This document shows positions 21,508 through 31,140 of a stretch of 64,000 nt of DNA, one piece after another. The notes under the pieces were generated by a model. It did not search any database and was not told the origin of the DNA. It saw only the letters and a list, made by a program, of their open reading frames with translations. The translations under genes and the position numbers were made by a program. Origin of the DNA: Pseudomonadota bacterium (GTDB taxonomy: Bacteria; Pseudomonadota; Alphaproteobacteria; Rhodobacterales; Rhodobacteraceae); contig JBCDDS010000004.1 in the NCBI GenBank assembly GCA_039180185.1, positions 3,309 to 67,308 of the forward strand, written 5' to 3'. Every line of letters starts with the position of its first letter. The stretch's first letter is position 1.

Positions 21508-22221
21508 ATGATATGCGATAAAGATTGGGAATTGGCCAACGCCTATCATGATGGAGAGCTTTCTCGCAAAGATGCCGTGCGTTTTGAGAAACGGTTGAAG
21601 TTAGATGAAGAATTGGCGCTTGCTGTAGATCAAATTTCTCAAATTTCCGAAAGCTTGAAGGGCGCTCAAGTTAAACTGCGACCGCAAGTCGTAACGGAAC
21701 CATTTTCGTTGGGAAAAAAGTTTTTCTTCGGTGGCGCGCTTGCTGCCTGTCTTGCAATGATAGTTTTATTTGGCCTTCAAAAACCTAAACCAGATACGCC
21801 GCTTGCCTTCCATCAAGCGCTATTGGAAAAGCCTTTTTCGGTGTCCAGCGACGATCTTCGTTTGGTAAAGGCCGAAGGATCAGAGAAGCTTTATGATCTT
21901 TCGATCGCCAACCTCACCCCAGTTTATCTGCAGGATTTACCTGATGGCGGATTGGTGCACTATTCAGGTGTGAACGGATGTCGACTTTCCTATGTCTTTG
22001 GCAAGGAATCGATTGACGCTCCGAGCAAGTCGAATGTTCAGACATTTATTTGGTCGACTTCCGATGGCGTGTACCATGCAATATTTGCAAGTGGCATGGA
22101 TCAGAAAAAATTTGACGCGATTGCTGCGTATCTTGAGCAAGTCACAAAGCGTACTGCGGCGCAAAAGTATTATGCGAGTCTTGATGAGGCGACCAAAAAC
22201 TCAAAACCGTGCTTGACTTAG
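21508..22221 (+). CDS. Transmembrane anti-sigma factor
   Basis: AYHDGEL N-terminal anti-sigma motif, one TM helix, periplasmic domain; directly after the ECF sigma. Confidence 0.8.
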   Translation: MICDKDWELANAYHDGELSRKDAVRFEKRLKLDEELALAVDQISQISESLKGAQVKLRPQVVTEPFSLGKKFFFGGALAACLAMIVLFGLQKPKPDTPLAFHQALLEKPFSVSSDDLRLVKAEGSEKLYDLSIANLTPVYLQDLPDGGLVHYSGVNGCRLSYVFGKESIDAPSKSNVQTFIWSTSDGVYHAIFASGMDQKKFDAIAAYLEQVTKRTAAQKYYASLDEATKNSKPCLT

Positions 22222-22348
22222 AACAACGATAGCGCGCTGGGCCTGATTTGGGACGTGAGGCGTTGTCTGGTTCGATTTATTAAACGTAGGATCAATACCC
22301 GAGGTTATTGCTCTTCTGCATTTTCCGTTGCGGTCATGACATCAAGCT

Positions 22349-22888
22349 TCACTTTATCACGTGCAATAACTCTTTGAATTCGGGCCGGTCGCTGCGTTCA
22401 AGCCATTCAAAAAGCACCATTTCGGTGTTCACGATCGTTGCACCCATGGTGCGCAGCCGCTCCAACGCCATATCCATGCTTTCGGTGGTGCGCGTCATGA
22501 CTGCGTCGGCTACGACGAAAACCTCGTAGTTTCGTTCGATCAGTCCTGCCGTGGTTTGCATGACGCAGATATGCGCCTCCAAACCGGTCAGAATAACTTG
22601 ATTCCGACCCAAATTTGCAAAAGCCTCCGAAATCTCTCCATCTTGCATCGCGGCGAAATGCATTTTTGACAGACATTGCGCCGTTTCAGGTACGCCCAGT
22701 TTTTCCAACGTAGGTCCGAGCCGCAAAGGGTTTTGTTCCGTTGCAAGACAAGGCAGGTCAAAGCAGTTTGCCCCTGAGATCAATTTTCGGATGTTCTCAA
22801 TGGCTGGTTCTGATGCATGCATCGCGGGTACCAGCTTTGCCTGAACATCAATGATTGCCAGACAGCTCTCAGCGGCTTTGATCAGCAT
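22349..22888 (-). CDS. Isochorismatase family hydrolase
   Basis: IIDVQ, TEQNP, GLEAHICV.QT, EMVLFEWL. Confidence 0.9.
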   Translation of the reverse strand: MLIKAAESCLAIIDVQAKLVPAMHASEPAIENIRKLISGANCFDLPCLATEQNPLRLGPTLEKLGVPETAQCLSKMHFAAMQDGEISEAFANLGRNQVILTGLEAHICVMQTTAGLIERNYEVFVVADAVMTRTTESMDMALERLRTMGATIVNTEMVLFEWLERSDRPEFKELLHVIK

Positions 22889-22909
22889 CGTGACTGGCCT
22901 TTCACGCGG

Positions 22910-23890
22910 TTACGGAGTTAGTAGGATTTTGCCGCGGTGCGCACCGTCTTCCATCATCTGATGAGCGGCTACAGCATCCGCGAAAGGAAATGTGGCGTGT
23001 GTATGAGTGCCGACCTCGCCTGAGCCAAGTAATGGCCAGACGCGTTTGCCTAGGTCTGTTGCGACACGCGTTTTGAACGAAGACGAGCGGGAGCGTAGGG
23101 TGGATCCCGTGAGCGTCAGCCTTTTTAGCATTATTGGCATAAGGTCGAGTTCCATCTTCGAGCCGGTGCGGAAGGCAAGTTGTACAATGCGTGCATCCGG
23201 CGCCGTGGCCTTAATGTTTCGTGCAATATAGTCTCCACCAACAATATCGAGGATCAGGTTAGCACCACCCACTTCTCTTGCAATCGCCACAAAGTCCTCT
23301 GTCTTGTAGTCTATCGCCTGCTCCGCGCCGAGCGATGCAACATACTCCTTATCCTCAGCCGAACATGTGGCCAGAACCCGTAGCCCCATAGAGCGGCCAA
23401 GCTGTATCGCGGTGGAGCCGATCCCACCGGCGCCGCCATGCACCAAAAGCACGCCATTTGCGGGTGCGTCATGGTCCAGGAAAAGGTTGCTCCAGACTGT
23501 GAAGAACGTCTCGCAAAGTCCTGCTGCGTCGATCAAATCCATGCCGTCAGGGATCGGGAGACAATGGCCCGCATCAACTGCTACATATTCTGCGTACCCG
23601 CCGCCATTGGTAAGCCCGCAGATTGTGTCTCCAATACTCCAGTCACTCACATTCGTACCGACAGCCGCAACCGTGCCAGATACTTCTAAACCCATAAGAT
23701 CAGACGCGCCTTTAGGAGGTGGATAATGCCCGCGCCGTTGCAGCTGATCAGGTCCATTGACACCTGCGGCCGCAACTTTGATCAAAACCTCGCCTGCTCC
23801 AGTATCTGGCAATGACCGCGTTCCGCCCTCCAAAACTTCCGGCCCGCCCGGCTCTCTTATCTCTATGGTTTTCATGGTCTCTGGCAGCAT
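22910..23890 (-). CDS. NAD(P)H:quinone oxidoreductase (PIG3/zeta-crystallin family)
   Basis: AAGVN..D, GLEVSG, HGGAGGIG, GSTLRSR, GKILL. Confidence 0.9.
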   Translation of the reverse strand: MLPETMKTIEIREPGGPEVLEGGTRSLPDTGAGEVLIKVAAAGVNGPDQLQRRGHYPPPKGASDLMGLEVSGTVAAVGTNVSDWSIGDTICGLTNGGGYAEYVAVDAGHCLPIPDGMDLIDAAGLCETFFTVWSNLFLDHDAPANGVLLVHGGAGGIGSTAIQLGRSMGLRVLATCSAEDKEYVASLGAEQAIDYKTEDFVAIAREVGGANLILDIVGGDYIARNIKATAPDARIVQLAFRTGSKMELDLMPIMLKRLTLTGSTLRSRSSSFKTRVATDLGKRVWPLLGSGEVGTHTHATFPFADAVAAHQMMEDGAHRGKILLTP

Positions 23891-24016
23891 CGCGCGTCTC
23901 CCTTTTCGCTTATGTTACTGCGCATAGTGAAGATTGATTTGCAACCGATGGCCGCTGTTGCTTCTCGAATTATTGCGCTACTTGAAGTCAAACACGATCA
24001 ATCAACGAGGGGTCTT

Positions 24017-25060
24017 ATGGGGTACAAGATTTTAATTCTAGGCGCATCGTATGGATCGCTTTTGGGCACGAAACTTGCCATGGCCGGACACGACGTCGAT
24101 TTGGTATGTCGTCGCGCCACCGCTGATTTGATCAACACTGAAGGAACAGAAGTTCGTCTCAAGTTTAAAGGCGAAGATTCCCATCGCTCTATTTTTTCGA
24201 AAGACCTGCCTGGCGCCGTTGGGGCGCTTACGCCAGAAGAGGCGCAGCCGGAAAACTATGACATGGTTGGTCTGGCCATGCAGGAACCGCAGTATAGCAA
24301 CGACGCTTTGCGCGATCTGATGGGACGGGTGGCCGCGGCCCGGGTGCCATGTCTGTCGATCATGAATATGCCACCGCTGCCCTACCTCAAGCGTATTCCA
24401 GGACTGCAGGATGCGGACCTTTCTGCCGCCTTTACCGATCCAGGCGTCTGGGAAGGGTTTGATCCTGACCTCGTCACGCTCTGTAGTCCGGATCCGCAAG
24501 CCTTCCGCCCGCCGGAGGAGAAAGCCAATATTCTCTTTGTCGGTCTGCCCACAAACTTCAAAGCCGCGCGGTTCGCCGATGCCGCCCATAACAAGGTTCT
24601 GGATCAGTTAGAGGCTGATATCGACGCGGTTACGGTCGACGGCAAAGACGTGCCCGTGAAATTGCGTGCCTATGACTCGTTGTTTGTGCCGTTGGCAAAA
24701 TGGAGCATGCTCTTGACCGGCAACTACCGTTGCATAACCGCAGACGAGCCGCGCTCGATCCGCGATGCCGTACACGGCGCGCCTGATTTATCCCAAGAGG
24801 TGTATGGCTTCGTCGGTGATTTGGCACAATCTCTGGGCGCGGATCCTGCTGATTTGGTTCCGTTTGAGAAATACGCGAAGGCCGCTGAAAACCTATTGAA
24901 GCCGTCTTCGGCAGCGCGCGCAATCGCAGCAGGCGCTACGAATATCGAAAGGGTTGACCGGTTGGTACAACAGATTGCGCGGGCACGGGACATTTCCCAC
25001 CCGGAAGTCGACTCTATGGTGGCTCAAGTCGATGCAAGGTTGAAAGAAAACCGCGGTTGA
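24017..25060 (+). CDS. Ketopantoate-reductase-like Rossmann protein, function unknown
   Basis: KILILGASYGSLLG N-terminal dinucleotide fold; PanE-like layout with ...KW..L..N; start at ATG 24017 after GAGGGG. Confidence 0.6.
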   Translation: MGYKILILGASYGSLLGTKLAMAGHDVDLVCRRATADLINTEGTEVRLKFKGEDSHRSIFSKDLPGAVGALTPEEAQPENYDMVGLAMQEPQYSNDALRDLMGRVAAARVPCLSIMNMPPLPYLKRIPGLQDADLSAAFTDPGVWEGFDPDLVTLCSPDPQAFRPPEEKANILFVGLPTNFKAARFADAAHNKVLDQLEADIDAVTVDGKDVPVKLRAYDSLFVPLAKWSMLLTGNYRCITADEPRSIRDAVHGAPDLSQEVYGFVGDLAQSLGADPADLVPFEKYAKAAENLLKPSSAARAIAAGATNIERVDRLVQQIARARDISHPEVDSMVAQVDARLKENRG

Positions 25061-25168
25061 GATCTTTCTGTGCGTCTGCGCGCAAAATATCGCTTGAAAT
25101 CACAGTTTATTCTTCTGAGCGCACAGTTATTTTGACTTCCAACAGCGAAATACAACGCGGAGGCGGTC

Positions 25169-26101
25169 ATGCTGCATCAGATCAAGGGTTTGCATCACGT
25201 CACATCCATGGCGTCTGATGCCAATGAAAATAATAGGTTTTTCACGGAAACGCTTGGTCTGCGTCGCGTCAAGACCACGGTGAATTTCGACGCACCTGAT
25301 GTCTATCACCTCTATTATGGTGACGCGGCTGGTTCACCGGGGTCGGTGATGACGTATTTCCCGTTTCCACATATGTCGCGAGGCCAAGCTGGACACGGCG
25401 AAGTGGGCGTGACGGAATTTGCCGTGCCAATGGGTGCGCTCGATTACTGGAAAGCGCGCCTGGCCGCGGCGAAGGTCGAAGGCTTGGTCGAAGAACCCGC
25501 CTTCGGTGCTGCACGCATAGTCTTTAATGGGCCAGATGGAGAGCGGTTCGCGCTTGTGGAGGAAGAACCAGGCGGTCGTACGCCTTGGACAGGTGCTGAT
25601 GTATCAGAAGACGTCGGTATATTTGGCTTTAAGTCGGTGCGTTTGCGCCTGCAAGACGGTGCCGCAACCGAAGAGCTTTTGCAGTTCATGGGCTATGAAC
25701 GTTCTGAAAAAAACGGCGCTTTGACACGATATGCGATCGATGGCGGCAATGGCGCAGATGTGATCGAGATCGAAGAAATACCCGATGCGCGATCCGCCGG
25801 GCAGGGTACAGGATCTGTGCATCATATCGCCTTTGCGGTGCTGGATCGGTCTGCGCAGCTCGAAGTCCGTAACGCGTTGCTCGATACCGGCTACCAAGTC
25901 ACGCCCGTGATCGACCGGAATTACTTTTGGGCGATTTACTTCCGAACGCCGGGTGGCGTCCTTTTTGAAGTTGCCACCGACGATCCCGGTTTTGCCCACG
26001 ATGAACCTTTGGAGCATTTGGGCCAATCGCTAAAGCTGCCACCGCAATACGAGGCGCGGCGCGATGAGATAGAACGCGCCTTACCGGAATTGATTGTTTG
26101 A
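25169..26101 (+). CDS. VOC family ring-cleaving dioxygenase (MhqO-like)
   Basis: GLHHVT, TVNFDAP..YHLYYG, VHHIAF, DRNYF.AIYFRTPGG.LFEVAT. Confidence 0.9.
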   Translation: MLHQIKGLHHVTSMASDANENNRFFTETLGLRRVKTTVNFDAPDVYHLYYGDAAGSPGSVMTYFPFPHMSRGQAGHGEVGVTEFAVPMGALDYWKARLAAAKVEGLVEEPAFGAARIVFNGPDGERFALVEEEPGGRTPWTGADVSEDVGIFGFKSVRLRLQDGAATEELLQFMGYERSEKNGALTRYAIDGGNGADVIEIEEIPDARSAGQGTGSVHHIAFAVLDRSAQLEVRNALLDTGYQVTPVIDRNYFWAIYFRTPGGVLFEVATDDPGFAHDEPLEHLGQSLKLPPQYEARRDEIERALPELIV

Positions 26102-26125
26102 ATTCGATGTAAAAGGATCAAGAAA

Positions 26126-27085
26126 ATGAGTTGGAATCCCACCCAAGGGCCGGATTGCCCTGAGGCAGGCAACGACAGTCTGCAGACATTGATTATCCCT
26201 CGCGCGCGTGATCTGGGCGGGTTTGAGGTGCGACGCGCCTTGCCAAGCCCCAAGCGTAAGATGGTCGGTCCTTTCATTTTCTTTGATCAGATGGGCCCGG
26301 CGGAGTTTATCACAGATGGTGGCATCGACGTGCGCCCGCATCCCCATATCGGACTGGGTACGGTAACCTATCTGTATCAAGGCGAGTTTGAGCACCGCGA
26401 TAGTTTGGGCACGCATCAGATGATCTATCCCGGTGAAGTGAACTGGATGCTGGCGGGAAAGGGTGTGACCCATTCGGAACGCACCAGCGATGAGACGCGC
26501 GCAACCCGGCACAAGCTCTTTGGAATTCAGACTTGGGTCGCTTTACCAGAAGATCGCGAGGATATGGAGCCGGACTTTGAGCATCACAAAGAGGCATCAC
26601 TGCCTTTTCTGGAAGAGAATGGTGCCACTGCGCGGTTGATCCTTGGCACCGCTTGGGGAGAGACGTCACCCGTTACTATGCAATCAGAGATATTTTATGC
26701 TGACGTGACGCTGCAGCCGGGCGCGCATATCCCGCTGCCTGACGAGCATGAGGATCGCGGAATCTATGTGACCCAAGGTGAGATCGAGGTGGTGGGAGAC
26801 AGGTTTGACGCTGGTCGAATGATGGTCTTTCGTCCGGGCGATCGGATCAGTATCAAGGCCGGTCCTGAAGGCGCGCGTCTGATGCTTTTAGGCGGGGCCA
26901 CACTCAATGGCCCGCGATACATCTGGTGGAATTTTGTGTCGTCATCCGAGGAAAAGATCGAGGCGGCCAAGGCGGCATGGCGTGAGGGTGACTGGACGAG
27001 TGGGCCTTTCCATCTACCGCCAGGAGACACCGACGAGTTCATCCCGTTCCCTGAAAATCTCGAAGGAAAACCGCTGCGGAGCTAA
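26126..27085 (+). CDS. Pirin family protein
   Basis: GPFIFFD, PHPHIGL.TVTYL, HRDSLG, WM.AG.G..HSE, WNFVSS. Confidence 0.93.
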   Translation: MSWNPTQGPDCPEAGNDSLQTLIIPRARDLGGFEVRRALPSPKRKMVGPFIFFDQMGPAEFITDGGIDVRPHPHIGLGTVTYLYQGEFEHRDSLGTHQMIYPGEVNWMLAGKGVTHSERTSDETRATRHKLFGIQTWVALPEDREDMEPDFEHHKEASLPFLEENGATARLILGTAWGETSPVTMQSEIFYADVTLQPGAHIPLPDEHEDRGIYVTQGEIEVVGDRFDAGRMMVFRPGDRISIKAGPEGARLMLLGGATLNGPRYIWWNFVSSSEEKIEAAKAAWREGDWTSGPFHLPPGDTDEFIPFPENLEGKPLRS

Positions 27086-27103
27086 TCAACACAAAAGGTT
27101 AAG

Positions 27104-28105
27104 CTACTGAAACGCAGGGATAATCTTCTCAGCGTAGTCGGCTATGATTTTCTCCTCGTTGCCATTGTCGAGATAGATATTGAACTGAGTCACGCCCGCC
27201 GCTTCAAGCTCTCGTAGTTTGGCGATATGCGCGTCCGGGTCGCCTAGAACGCAGAAGCTTTTGACCACATCTTCGGTGATGAAATCGAGATACGGATTAT
27301 CGCTTTGCCCGTGCTTAGAATAATCATAGCCTTTGCGATTTTCGATGTACGAACTCAGCGCCTCAGGTATCGCATCAGAGTCCTTGCCATATCGCTCGAC
27401 GATATCAGCCACGTGATTGCCGACCATCGCCGGGAACCACTTGGTGGCTTCCACGGCTTCATCCATTGGCCCGGTATAGGCAGGGGCTGCGGACATAACA
27501 CGGTAATTCGACATATCGCGCCCTTCGGCTTCTCCCGCAGCTTTTGCCTGATCAGCAAGCCATTTACAGATCGCAGGTTCAGCAATTTGAAGGATCAAAC
27601 CGTCACCTACGCGACCTGCAGAGCTCAGTGCCTTGGGTCCGTAGGCCGCGACCCAAACGGGAAGCTCATAGCCCCAGGCCCAGGGAAATTGAATAGGATT
27701 GGGCGCGTCTCCATAAATCGCTTCATCGCCCCGCACCATGTCCTTGACCTTGAGGATGAATTCTTCCATCCGCGCTAATGGCGAGGGTTTCTTACCCATT
27801 ACGCGCACGGCGCTATCACCGCGCCCGACACCAATATCAAACCGGCCGTTTGATTGCTTAGCGAGCGAGCCAAAAAGCGAGGCGGCGTGTGACCAGTCTC
27901 GCGTGTTCGGGTTGGTCACACAGGGACCAAATCGCATCTTGGTGGTGTGTTCCATAAGCATAGCCATGACCACAAAGCTTTCGCGCCAGAGGATGTGACT
28001 GTCATAGATCCAGCAATAGGTGAAGCCCGCTTCTTCGGCCTGACGGACAAGGTACTTTGCCCGGTTTGGTTCGGTAAATCCTTTGAAACAAATGGCAAAT
28101 TCCAT
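27104..28105 (-). CDS. F420-dependent LLM oxidoreductase (Mer-like, resembles TIGR03842/CPS_4043 family)
   Basis: W.YDSHILWRE, GPCVTNP.TRD, G.GRGDSA, AAYGPKAL; last gene of the cof operon. Confidence 0.85.
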   Translation of the reverse strand: MEFAICFKGFTEPNRAKYLVRQAEEAGFTYCWIYDSHILWRESFVVMAMLMEHTTKMRFGPCVTNPNTRDWSHAASLFGSLAKQSNGRFDIGVGRGDSAVRVMGKKPSPLARMEEFILKVKDMVRGDEAIYGDAPNPIQFPWAWGYELPVWVAAYGPKALSSAGRVGDGLILQIAEPAICKWLADQAKAAGEAEGRDMSNYRVMSAAPAYTGPMDEAVEATKWFPAMVGNHVADIVERYGKDSDAIPEALSSYIENRKGYDYSKHGQSDNPYLDFITEDVVKSFCVLGDPDAHIAKLRELEAAGVTQFNIYLDNGNEEKIIADYAEKIIPAFQ

Positions 28106-28123
28106 AACAATAGCTCCCTGTCT

Positions 28124-28792
28124 TTAATGTTCCGGCGGCCAGATGCGCACACCGGCATGCGTAAACGGCACCTGTTTTGAGATGTTTATGCGGATAAGGA
28201 TCGGCGTGATCGCCTCGATGGCGCGGGCGGCTTCCGCATCCCCTGCGTTATAGGCCTCAATGCCAAGCTTGCGGATCAGCGCCATTACCGTTTTGCGCGC
28301 CTCAAGGCTGTTACCGCAGACCAGAACATCGCAGTTGATCGCCCAGTCAAGATTATTGAGCGTTGTAGCTGACACATTGTGCAGCGCGCCGATCACGGGG
28401 ACGTCTGAGCCAAGTAAAGCCTGCGCAGCCTCTGTCGCGGAACCTTCTGGTGGCATATCTACCTTCTTAGGGTCGCCCTCCTTGAGTGGCACAACGATAT
28501 CGATCAGAATTTTGCTGTCGAGTGTGTCCTTGATTGCCTCGAGCGTGGCATTGTGGCCCGACCACGGCACGGCCAGCATCACCATGTCGCTTGCAGCTTC
28601 CACTGCAGCGCGGTTCTCCATACCGGTGATCGACGCAGCATCTGAGGCTAGCTTAGCAGAGAGCTCTTCTGCGATTTCTGCCGCCCGCGCGCCGTCACGC
28701 GACCCGATGACGATTGGCACACCCGCGCGGGCAAAGCGTAGCGCGAGGCCTTGTCCTTGCGGCCCGGTGCCGCCGATGATGGCGAGTGTCAT
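28124..28792 (-). CDS. npdG: F420H2:NADP+ oxidoreductase (Fno/NpdG)
   Basis: [33 protein letters not shown]. Confidence 0.9.
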   Translation of the reverse strand: MTLAIIGGTGPQGQGLALRFARAGVPIVIGSRDGARAAEIAEELSAKLASDAASITGMENRAAVEAASDMVMLAVPWSGHNATLEAIKDTLDSKILIDIVVPLKEGDPKKVDMPPEGSATEAAQALLGSDVPVIGALHNVSATTLNNLDWAINCDVLVCGNSLEARKTVMALIRKLGIEAYNAGDAEAARAIEAITPILIRINISKQVPFTHAGVRIWPPEH

Positions 28793-29562
28793 GTGAACAT
28801 ATCCTCTTTCTCTGCCCGTACGAGTTGAACCGCAGAGCTTACTGTCCTGTGCCAACGCAATCCGCGCACCAAAACGACAGGCGTCTTGGCACTCTTTGCC
28901 ATCACAAGGCCTGCTGCTGCGGAAAGTTCATCGGCCAAAGCGGGTTCTGTGACGGTCAATGGACGACCCCAGCCGTCAGCTTCCCCCTCCAGCCGCATCG
29001 TGGCGGGCACGTTGGCAAGCCCGATGGCCACATTAACCTGGCCAAGCCGCCATGGACGACCGAATGTATCAGTCATGACAACGCCGATTTGGACACTAAA
29101 GCGAGCGCCCAATGCGTCAGCTAACTCCTGTGCGCTTGCGTCAGGGTCCGCCGGTAGCGTCATTACAGTGCCAGGTTCATCGAGGTTGGATTCGTCTACG
29201 CCCGCATTCGCCGAGGTAAAGCCGAGCTTGTGACGACAGATCATCGTACCCTCGTTCTGATCCTCGTGTTTGAAGGCGCGTAGAACTCTGGAGCTTTGAC
29301 CAAGGATCACCTCGACTTTGCGGGCGTCTTTGTTGAGTTGAGTAGCGTAGTCCTGCGCGCTTTGCGAAGGTTTAACAGTTGCGAGTTTTACAATGCAGCC
29401 TTCGACCTTGGAGAAAACCTTTTGCGCGACACAAAGGATATCGCCATCTTGAGGCGCAAAACCCGCCGCAACCAGCGCATTGCCAACTGCTTTCGCCAGA
29501 TCATCGCCAGGTTTGAAATCTGGAAGATCAGGAATGGCGGTAAGCGTGACGGACGGCATCAT
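28789..29562 (-). CDS. cofE: Coenzyme F420-0:L-glutamate ligase (single domain)
   Basis: [46 protein letters not shown]. Confidence 0.93.
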   Translation of the reverse strand: MMPSVTLTAIPDLPDFKPGDDLAKAVGNALVAAGFAPQDGDILCVAQKVFSKVEGCIVKLATVKPSQSAQDYATQLNKDARKVEVILGQSSRVLRAFKHEDQNEGTMICRHKLGFTSANAGVDESNLDEPGTVMTLPADPDASAQELADALGARFSVQIGVVMTDTFGRPWRLGQVNVAIGLANVPATMRLEGEADGWGRPLTVTEPALADELSAAAGLVMAKSAKTPVVLVRGLRWHRTVSSAVQLVRAEKEDMFT

Positions 29563-30193
29563 GCTCTTGCTCCCCGTTCAGTTGGTTCATAGCGCCCTTT
29601 GGCAGAGCTTGTAGATCTTCGGCCACATCAATGTCGCGTTGCAGACTTTTGAGCGGTAGCACGACCGGCATAAGGTTAAACTTGAGCGCATTCTTGATAT
29701 GCGCGTTTAGTGAACCTGTTCCATAAGCGAAGGGCATTCGACTGGGCAAAGGTAAGCCAAGTCCGTTGGTGCCAAGCTCTGTTGACGGGCATAGCGTGAC
29801 CTGACCCGCATGCCTGGTCTGGCGAAGCAATGTGCTGATATCCATTGGCGAAGGATGCGCAATATCGCTCGGAATGACGCACATATGCGCATAACCGCGA
29901 TGGGTGGCCCATTGCCGCGCCTGTTCTACAGCGAGGTTAAGCCCAAGCGCCCGTTCCCAGATAAATTCAATGTCGTTGCCGCGGGTAATGAAGCGTATTT
30001 TTTTGCTCCTTGAGATGATCGCGACATCAAAATCTTCGATCTCCTGCGCCTCGCGCAGGCAGCGCAGGGTTTGCGAGAATAGATGCGTTGCAAGTTCGGC
30101 CCGATGCGTTGGTTCCAGACAAGCATCAAGCCGCGTCTTGGCGTCTTTCGGGTCCTTCATCGGGACAACAACTAAGCTGTCATTCTGTCTCAT
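29528..30193 (-). CDS. cofC: 2-phospho-L-lactate/PEP guanylyltransferase
   Basis: VVPMK...AKTRL, GLN.A, PSD, GTNGL, F.YG.GS..AH, DID..EDL. Confidence 0.88.
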   Translation of the reverse strand: MRQNDSLVVVPMKDPKDAKTRLDACLEPTHRAELATHLFSQTLRCLREAQEIEDFDVAIISRSKKIRFITRGNDIEFIWERALGLNLAVEQARQWATHRGYAHMCVIPSDIAHPSPMDISTLLRQTRHAGQVTLCPSTELGTNGLGLPLPSRMPFAYGTGSLNAHIKNALKFNLMPVVLPLKSLQRDIDVAEDLQALPKGAMNQLNGEQEHDAVRHAYRHS

Positions 30194-31140
30194 GCGGCGA
30201 CCTCTGAGCGATGGATGTTGAGTACCTCGTGGGCGAGGCGACGTTTGTCTTCTAGCGTGGTCATCAGTGTATTTGTTTTCATGACGCGCAGGCCGAGCGC
30301 TTCGATAGCACTGGTCAGGTCAGTATCGGCAATGTCGATCACAAAATCATCGAGCAGCCCTTGATAGAGGCGTGCAACACCCAGAGCGTCGGCTTCATGG
30401 CCAAGGCTGGTCATCATATCTGCTGCAGGTCCTTTCACGGTGCGTCCAGCGATCAACGGGCTCACGGCAATCTTGCGCGCGGGGCTTTGGGCGATTGCAT
30501 CACGAACGCCCGGAACAGCAAGTATAGGCGCTATACTGACCAGAGGATTGGACGGTGCTATTACGATGATTTCTGCCTGTGCAATGGCAGCTAGTGCCTC
30601 CGGTGTCGCTTTGGCAACGTCAGCGCCGTTATAGGCGATTTCCAAAACGCTGGGCTTACACCGCTCTCGCACAAAATACTCTTGAAAGCTTAGCCAACCA
30701 TCTGAGATGCGTAGGCGTGTTTGCACCACGTCATCGGTTGGCAGAAGGATAGGACAGGGCGCTCCGAATGCCTCTGCCACGTGCTTTGCAATATCAAAAG
30801 GCCGATCACCCTGTGCGCGCCGCATGGTGCGGTAGATGTGCAGACCTAGGTCGCGGTCTCCTAGCGTCATCCAGGTTTCTTGGCCCAGAGAGTTAAGGGT
30901 CTCAAGAGCGCACAACCCCTCATCGGCAACGCCCCATCCTTGATCACGGTTGATCCGACCCGACAGGCTGTAGGTCAGCGTGTCGATATCGGGTGACACC
31001 CAAAGCCCGTGGAACTCCTCATCGTCACCAACATTGCCGATGATCTGCAGATCAATCCCATCTACAGCGGCCAATCCTTCGGCCATCTTGGCGCCGCCGA
31101 CACCACCGGCGAGCAGGATCACTTTGGGCCGCGCTCTCAT
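30190..31140 (-). CDS. cofD: 2-phospho-L-lactate transferase
   Basis: LAGGVGGAK, NVGDD, SPDIDT, LGDRD, FQEYFV, PSNP.VSI.PIL, KGPA. Confidence 0.95.
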   Translation of the reverse strand: MRARPKVILLAGGVGGAKMAEGLAAVDGIDLQIIGNVGDDEEFHGLWVSPDIDTLTYSLSGRINRDQGWGVADEGLCALETLNSLGQETWMTLGDRDLGLHIYRTMRRAQGDRPFDIAKHVAEAFGAPCPILLPTDDVVQTRLRISDGWLSFQEYFVRERCKPSVLEIAYNGADVAKATPEALAAIAQAEIIVIAPSNPLVSIAPILAVPGVRDAIAQSPARKIAVSPLIAGRTVKGPAADMMTSLGHEADALGVARLYQGLLDDFVIDIADTDLTSAIEALGLRVMKTNTLMTTLEDKRRLAHEVLNIHRSEVAA

